This document shows positions 59,765 to 64,000 of a stretch of DNA of 64,000 nt, in pieces. Source of the DNA: Crassostrea angulata (Eukaryota); assembly GCF_025612915.1 (NCBI RefSeq), contig NC_069115.1, positions 25,791,757 to 25,855,756 on the forward strand, in the 5' to 3' direction. Position numbers and translations under genes: made by a program. Each line of letters begins with the position of its first letter. Within the stretch, counting starts at the first letter, position 1. The notes beneath the pieces are model-generated. The model did not search any database, was not told where the DNA came from, and saw nothing but the letters and a program-made list of their open reading frames with translations.

Positions 59765-62700
59765 GTCCAGTGCAGTTTGTTCAAATCTTGGTTCCCGGGG
59801 GTAGGGTAGGGTCACAATAGAGGGATCAAGTTTTACATAGGAATATATAGAGAAAATCTTTAAAATCTTCTTCTCAAAGCATCCTCAGGAAGTGTAGTTT
59901 CAAGTTTGTTCAAATCATGGTCCCCGGGGGTAGGGTTGGGCCACAATAGGGGGGGGGCAAGATTTACATAGGAATATATAGAGAAAATCTTTAAACTTTC
60001 TTCTCAAAAACAATTATGCAAGAAAAGCTCAAATTAAAATGGAAGTATCCTCAGGTAGTGTAGATTCTAGTTTGTTAAAATCATGGTCCCCGGGGGTAGG
60101 GTAGGGCCACAGTAGGGGGATCAAGTTTTACATAGGAATATATAGAAAAAATCTTTAAAATCTTCTTCTCAAAAATTATCCGGGGAGGAAAGCTCAAATT
60201 GAATTGGAAGCATCATCAGGAAGTGTAGTTTTAAGTTTGTTCAAATCTTGGTTCCCGGGGGTAGGGTAGGGCCACAATAGAGGGATCAAGTTTTACATAG
60301 GAATATATAGAGAACATCTTTAAAATAGAAAAGCTCAAATTAAAATTGAAGCATCCTCAGGAAGTGTATATTCAAGTTTGTTCAAATCATGGTCCCCGGG
60401 GGTAGGGTTGGGCCACAATAGGGGGGGGCAAGATTTACATAGGAATATATAGAAAAAAATCTTTAAACTTTCTTCTCAAAAACGATTACGTCAGGAAAGC
60501 TCAAATTAAAATGGAAGTATCCTCAGGTAGTGTAGATTCAAGTTTGTTCAAATCATTGTCCCCGGGGGTAGGGTAGGGCACGGTAGGGGGATCAAAATTT
60601 ACATAGGAATATATAGAGAAAATCTTTAAAATCTTCTTCTCAAAAAGTATCATGTCAATAAAGCTCATATTAAAATGGAATTATCGTCAGGTAGTGTAGA
60701 TTCTAGTTTGTTCAAATCATGGTCCCCGGGGGTAGGGTTGGGCCACAGTAGGGGGATCAAGTTTTACATAAAAATATATCGAGAAAATCTTTAAAATCTT
60801 CTTCTCAAAAAGTACCAGCGGAGGAAAGCTCAAATTGAAATAAAAGCATCATCAGGAAGTGTTGTTTCAAGTTTGTTCAAATCTTGGTTCCCAAGAATAG
60901 GGTAGGGTCACAATAGAGGGATCAAGTTTTACATAGGAATATATAGAGAAAATTTTTAAAATCTTCTTCTCAAAAATTATCAGGTTAGGAAAGATCAAAT
61001 TAAAATGGAAGCATCCTCAGGAAGTGTATATTCAAGTTTGTTCAAGTCATCGTCCCCGGGGGTAAGGTTGGGCCACAATAGGGGGGGGGGGGTCAAGATT
61101 TACATAGGAATATATTGAGAAAATCTTGAAACTTTCTTCTCAAAAACGATTACGCCAGGAAAGCTCAAATTAAAATGGAAGAATCCTCAGGTAGTGTAGA
61201 TTCAAGTTTGTTCAAATCATGGTCCCCGGGGGTAGGGTAGGGCAACAGTAGGGGGATCAAAATTTACATAGGAATATATCGAGAAAATCTTTAAAAACTT
61301 CTTCTCAAAAAGTATCATGTCAATAAAGCTCATATTAAAATGGAATTATCGTCAGGTAGTGTAGATTCTAGTTTGTTCAAATCATGGTCCCCGGGGGTAG
61401 GGTTGGGCCACAGTAGGGGGATCAAGTTTTACATAAAAATATATCGAGAAAATCTTTAAAATCTTCTTCTCAAAAAGTACCAGCGGAGGAAAGCTCAAAT
61501 TGAAATGAAAGCATCATCGTGAAGTGTAGTTTCAAGTTTGTTCAAATCTTGGTTCCCAAGAATAGGGTAGGGCCACAATAGAGGGATCAAGTTTTACATA
61601 GGAATATATAGAGACAATCTTTAAAATCTTCTTCTCAAAAATTATCAGATTAGGAAAGATCAAATTAAAATGGAAGCATCCTCAGGAAGTGTAGTTTCAA
61701 GTTTGTTCAAATCATCGTCCTCGGGGGTAAGGTTGGGCCACAATAGGGGGGGGGGGTCAAGATTTACATAGGAATATATTGAGAAAATCTTTAAACTTTC
61801 TTCTCAAAAACGATTACGCCAGGAAAGCTCAAATTAAAATGGAAGAATCCTCAGGTAGTGTAGATTCTAGTTTGTTCAAATCATGGTCCCCGGGGGTAAG
61901 GTAGGGCCACAGTAGGGGGATCAAGTTTTACATAGGAATATATAGAGAAAATCTTTAAAATCTTCTTCTCAAAAAGTATCATATCAGAAAAGCCCATATT
62001 AAAATGGAATTATCCTCAGGTAGTGTAGATTCTAGTTTGTTCAAATCATGGTCCCCGGGGGTAGGGTAGGGCCACAGTAGGGGGATCAAATTTTAAATAG
62101 GAATATATAGAGAAAATCTTTTTCTCAAAAAGTATCAGGGGAGGAAAGCTCAAATTGAAATCGAAGCATCATCAGGAAGTGTAGTATCAAGTTTGTTCAA
62201 ATCTTGGTTCCTGGGGGTAGGGTAGGGCCACAGTAGGGGGATCAAGTTTTACATAGGAATATATAGAGACAATCTTTAAAATCTTCTTCTCAAAAAGTAT
62301 CAGGGGAGGAAAGCTCAAATTGAATTGGAAGCATCATTAGGAAGTGTAGTTTAAAGTTTGTTCAAATCTTGGTTCCCGGGGGTAGGGTTGGGCCACAATA
62401 GAGGGATCAAGTTTTACATAGGAATATATAGAGAAAATCTTTAAAATCTTCTTCTCAAAAAGTATCATGTCAGAAAAGCTCAAATTAAAATGGAAGCATC
62501 CTCAGGAAGTGTAGTTTCAAGTTTGTTCAAATCATGGTCCCCGGGGGTAGGGTTGGGCCACAGTAGGGGGATCAAGATTTACATAAGAATATATCGAGAA
62601 AATCTTTAAAATCTTCTCAAAAAGTACCAGCGGAGGAAAGCTCAAATTGAATTGAAAGCATCATCAGGAAGTGTAGTTTCAAGTTTGTTTAAATCTTGGT

Positions 62701-62916
62701 TCCCGAGAATAGGGTAGAGTCACAATAGAGGGATAAAGTTTTACATAGGAATATATAGAGAAAATTTTTAATCTTCTTCTCAAAAATTATCAGGTTAGGA
62801 AAGCTCAAATTAAAATGGAAGCATCCTCAGGAAGTGTAGTTTCATGTTTGTTCAAATCATCGTCCCCAGGGGTAGGGATGGGCAACAATAGGGGGGGGGG
62901 GTCAAGTTTTACATAG
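59765..62916 (+). repeat. Family A-related satellite array in the + orientation, about 19 monomers with a roughly 665 bp four-monomer higher-order repeat
   Basis: Monomer subtypes a, b, c and d recur in the order b-c-d-a with a period of 663-666 bp (b-type at about 60429, 61095, 61758). Confidence 0.85.
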
Positions 62917-64000
62917 TTTTTGAGAAGAAAGTTTAAAGATTTTCTCTATATATTCCTATGTAAAACTTGATCCCCCTACTGTGGCCCAAACCTACCCCTG
63001 GGGACCATGATTTGAACAAACGAAAATCTACACTTCCTGAGGATGCTTCCATTTTAATTTGAGCTTTCCTGGCGTCATAGTGTTTGAGAAGAAAGTTTAC
63101 AGATTTTCTCTATATATTCCTATGTTAAACTTGATCCCCCTACTGTGGCCCAACCCTACCCCCGGGGACCATAATTTGAACAAACAAGAATATTCACTTT
63201 CTGAGAATGCATTCATTTTAATTTGAGCTTTCCTGGCGTCATAGTTTTTGAAAAGAAAGTTTACAGATTTTCTCTATATATTCCTATGTAATACTTGATC
63301 CCCCTTCTGCGGCCCAACCCTACCCCCGGGGACCATGATTTGAACAAACTAAAATCTACACTACCTGAGGATGCTTCCATTTTAATTTGAGCTTTCCTGG
63401 CGTCATAGTTTTTGAGAAGAAAGTTTAAAGATTTTCTCTATATATTCCTATGTAAAAGTTGAACCCCCAACTGTGTCCCAACCCTACCCCCGGGGACCAT
63501 GATTTGAACAAACTAAATCTACTCTACCTGAGGATGCTTCCATTTTAATTTGAGCTTTCTTGGCGTCATAGTTTTTGAGAAGAATGTTTAAAGATTTTCT
63601 GTATATATTCCTAAGTAAAACTTGGTCCCCCTCCTGTGGCCCTACCCTACATCCGGGGACCATGATTTGAACAAACAAGAATATTCACTTCCTGAGGATG
63701 CTTCCATTTTAATTTCAGCTTTCCTGGCGTCATATTTTTTGAGAAGAAAGTTGACAGATTTTCTCTATATATTCCTATGTAAAACTTGATCCCCCTACTG
63801 TGGCCCAACCCTACCCCCGGGGACCATGATTTGAACAAACTAAAATCTACACTACCTGAGGATGTTTCCATTTTAATTTGAGCTTTCCTGGCGTCATAGT
63901 TTTTTTGAAGAATGTATAAAGATTTTCTCTATATATTCCTAAGTAAAACTTGATCCCCCTACTGTGGCCCAACCCTACCCCTGGGGACCATGGTTTGAAC
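62917..64000 (-). repeat. The same satellite in the inverted orientation, running to the end of the window
   Basis: Monomers are reverse complements of the upstream array. The junction is catag|tttttgagaag. Confidence 0.85.

Noticed and set aside
1-64000. A prokaryotic-style novel defence, operon or biological system
   Set aside because: The window is plainly eukaryotic. It has spliced MVP exons with GT-AG introns, Pol II poly(A) signals, LINE, Penelope-like and DIRS-like retroelements, and 166 bp satellites. There are no dense co-oriented bacterial ORFs or ribosome-binding sites. The SWIM/YqaJ ORF is reported as the most novel locus instead.
59765-64000. CRISPR-like array, because of regular direct repeats
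   Set aside because: The period is about 166 bp with no short-repeat and unique-spacer alternation. The monomers are homologous throughout and match dispersed copies elsewhere in the window. This is satellite DNA.

Overview
This window is eukaryotic, not prokaryotic. Its repeat content is typical of a bivalve mollusc, probably an oyster-like genome. It has no operons and no prokaryote-style defence system.

The only clearly conserved host gene is the C-terminal third of a major vault protein (MVP) gene on the + strand. It consists of 12 in-frame exons spread from about 3.8 kb to 58.0 kb. The exons are separated by very large introns that are packed with transposable elements and satellite arrays.

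The repeat landscape is dominated by a composite element resembling the pearl or non-autonomous Helentron type. Each copy has a conserved head (TAGCTCACCTGAGC...), a GTCY microsatellite, a tandem array of roughly 165-170 bp monomers, and a conserved 3' tail ending in the palindromic hairpin GGCCCATGGGCC followed by TCTTGTT. Several sibling families (B, B2, C) share the same 3' terminus. One copy shows a precise insertion without target-site duplication when compared with two empty paralogous sites inside this window. The window ends in a head-less satellite array of more than 4 kb that has a roughly 665 bp higher-order repeat and flips into the inverted orientation at position 62916/62917.

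Other mobile elements are:
- a 5'-truncated LINE reverse-transcriptase fragment;
- a Penelope-like element with a GIY-YIG endonuclease and an inverted 5' arm;
- two degenerate DIRS-like retroelements with tyrosine-recombinase, RT and RNase H remnants, one of them disrupted by a nested insertion;
- a roughly 0.5 kb MITE with TA/TATA target-site duplication nested in a family B element;
- a roughly 4.8 kb unit bounded by 27 bp terminal inverted repeats;
- a roughly 0.86 kb TIR element;
- satellite families E (about 150 bp) and F (about 185 bp);
- two tRNA-derived Pol III-like modules.

The most interesting single locus is an intact intronless 485-aa ORF at 45156-46613 on the minus strand. It encodes an N-terminal SWIM-type zinc finger fused to a C-terminal YqaJ/lambda-exonuclease-like PD-(D/E)xK nuclease. 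It is flanked by a private ~470 bp tandem repeat that contains a head-to-head palindrome. I read it as a candidate transposon-derived or domesticated nuclease gene.
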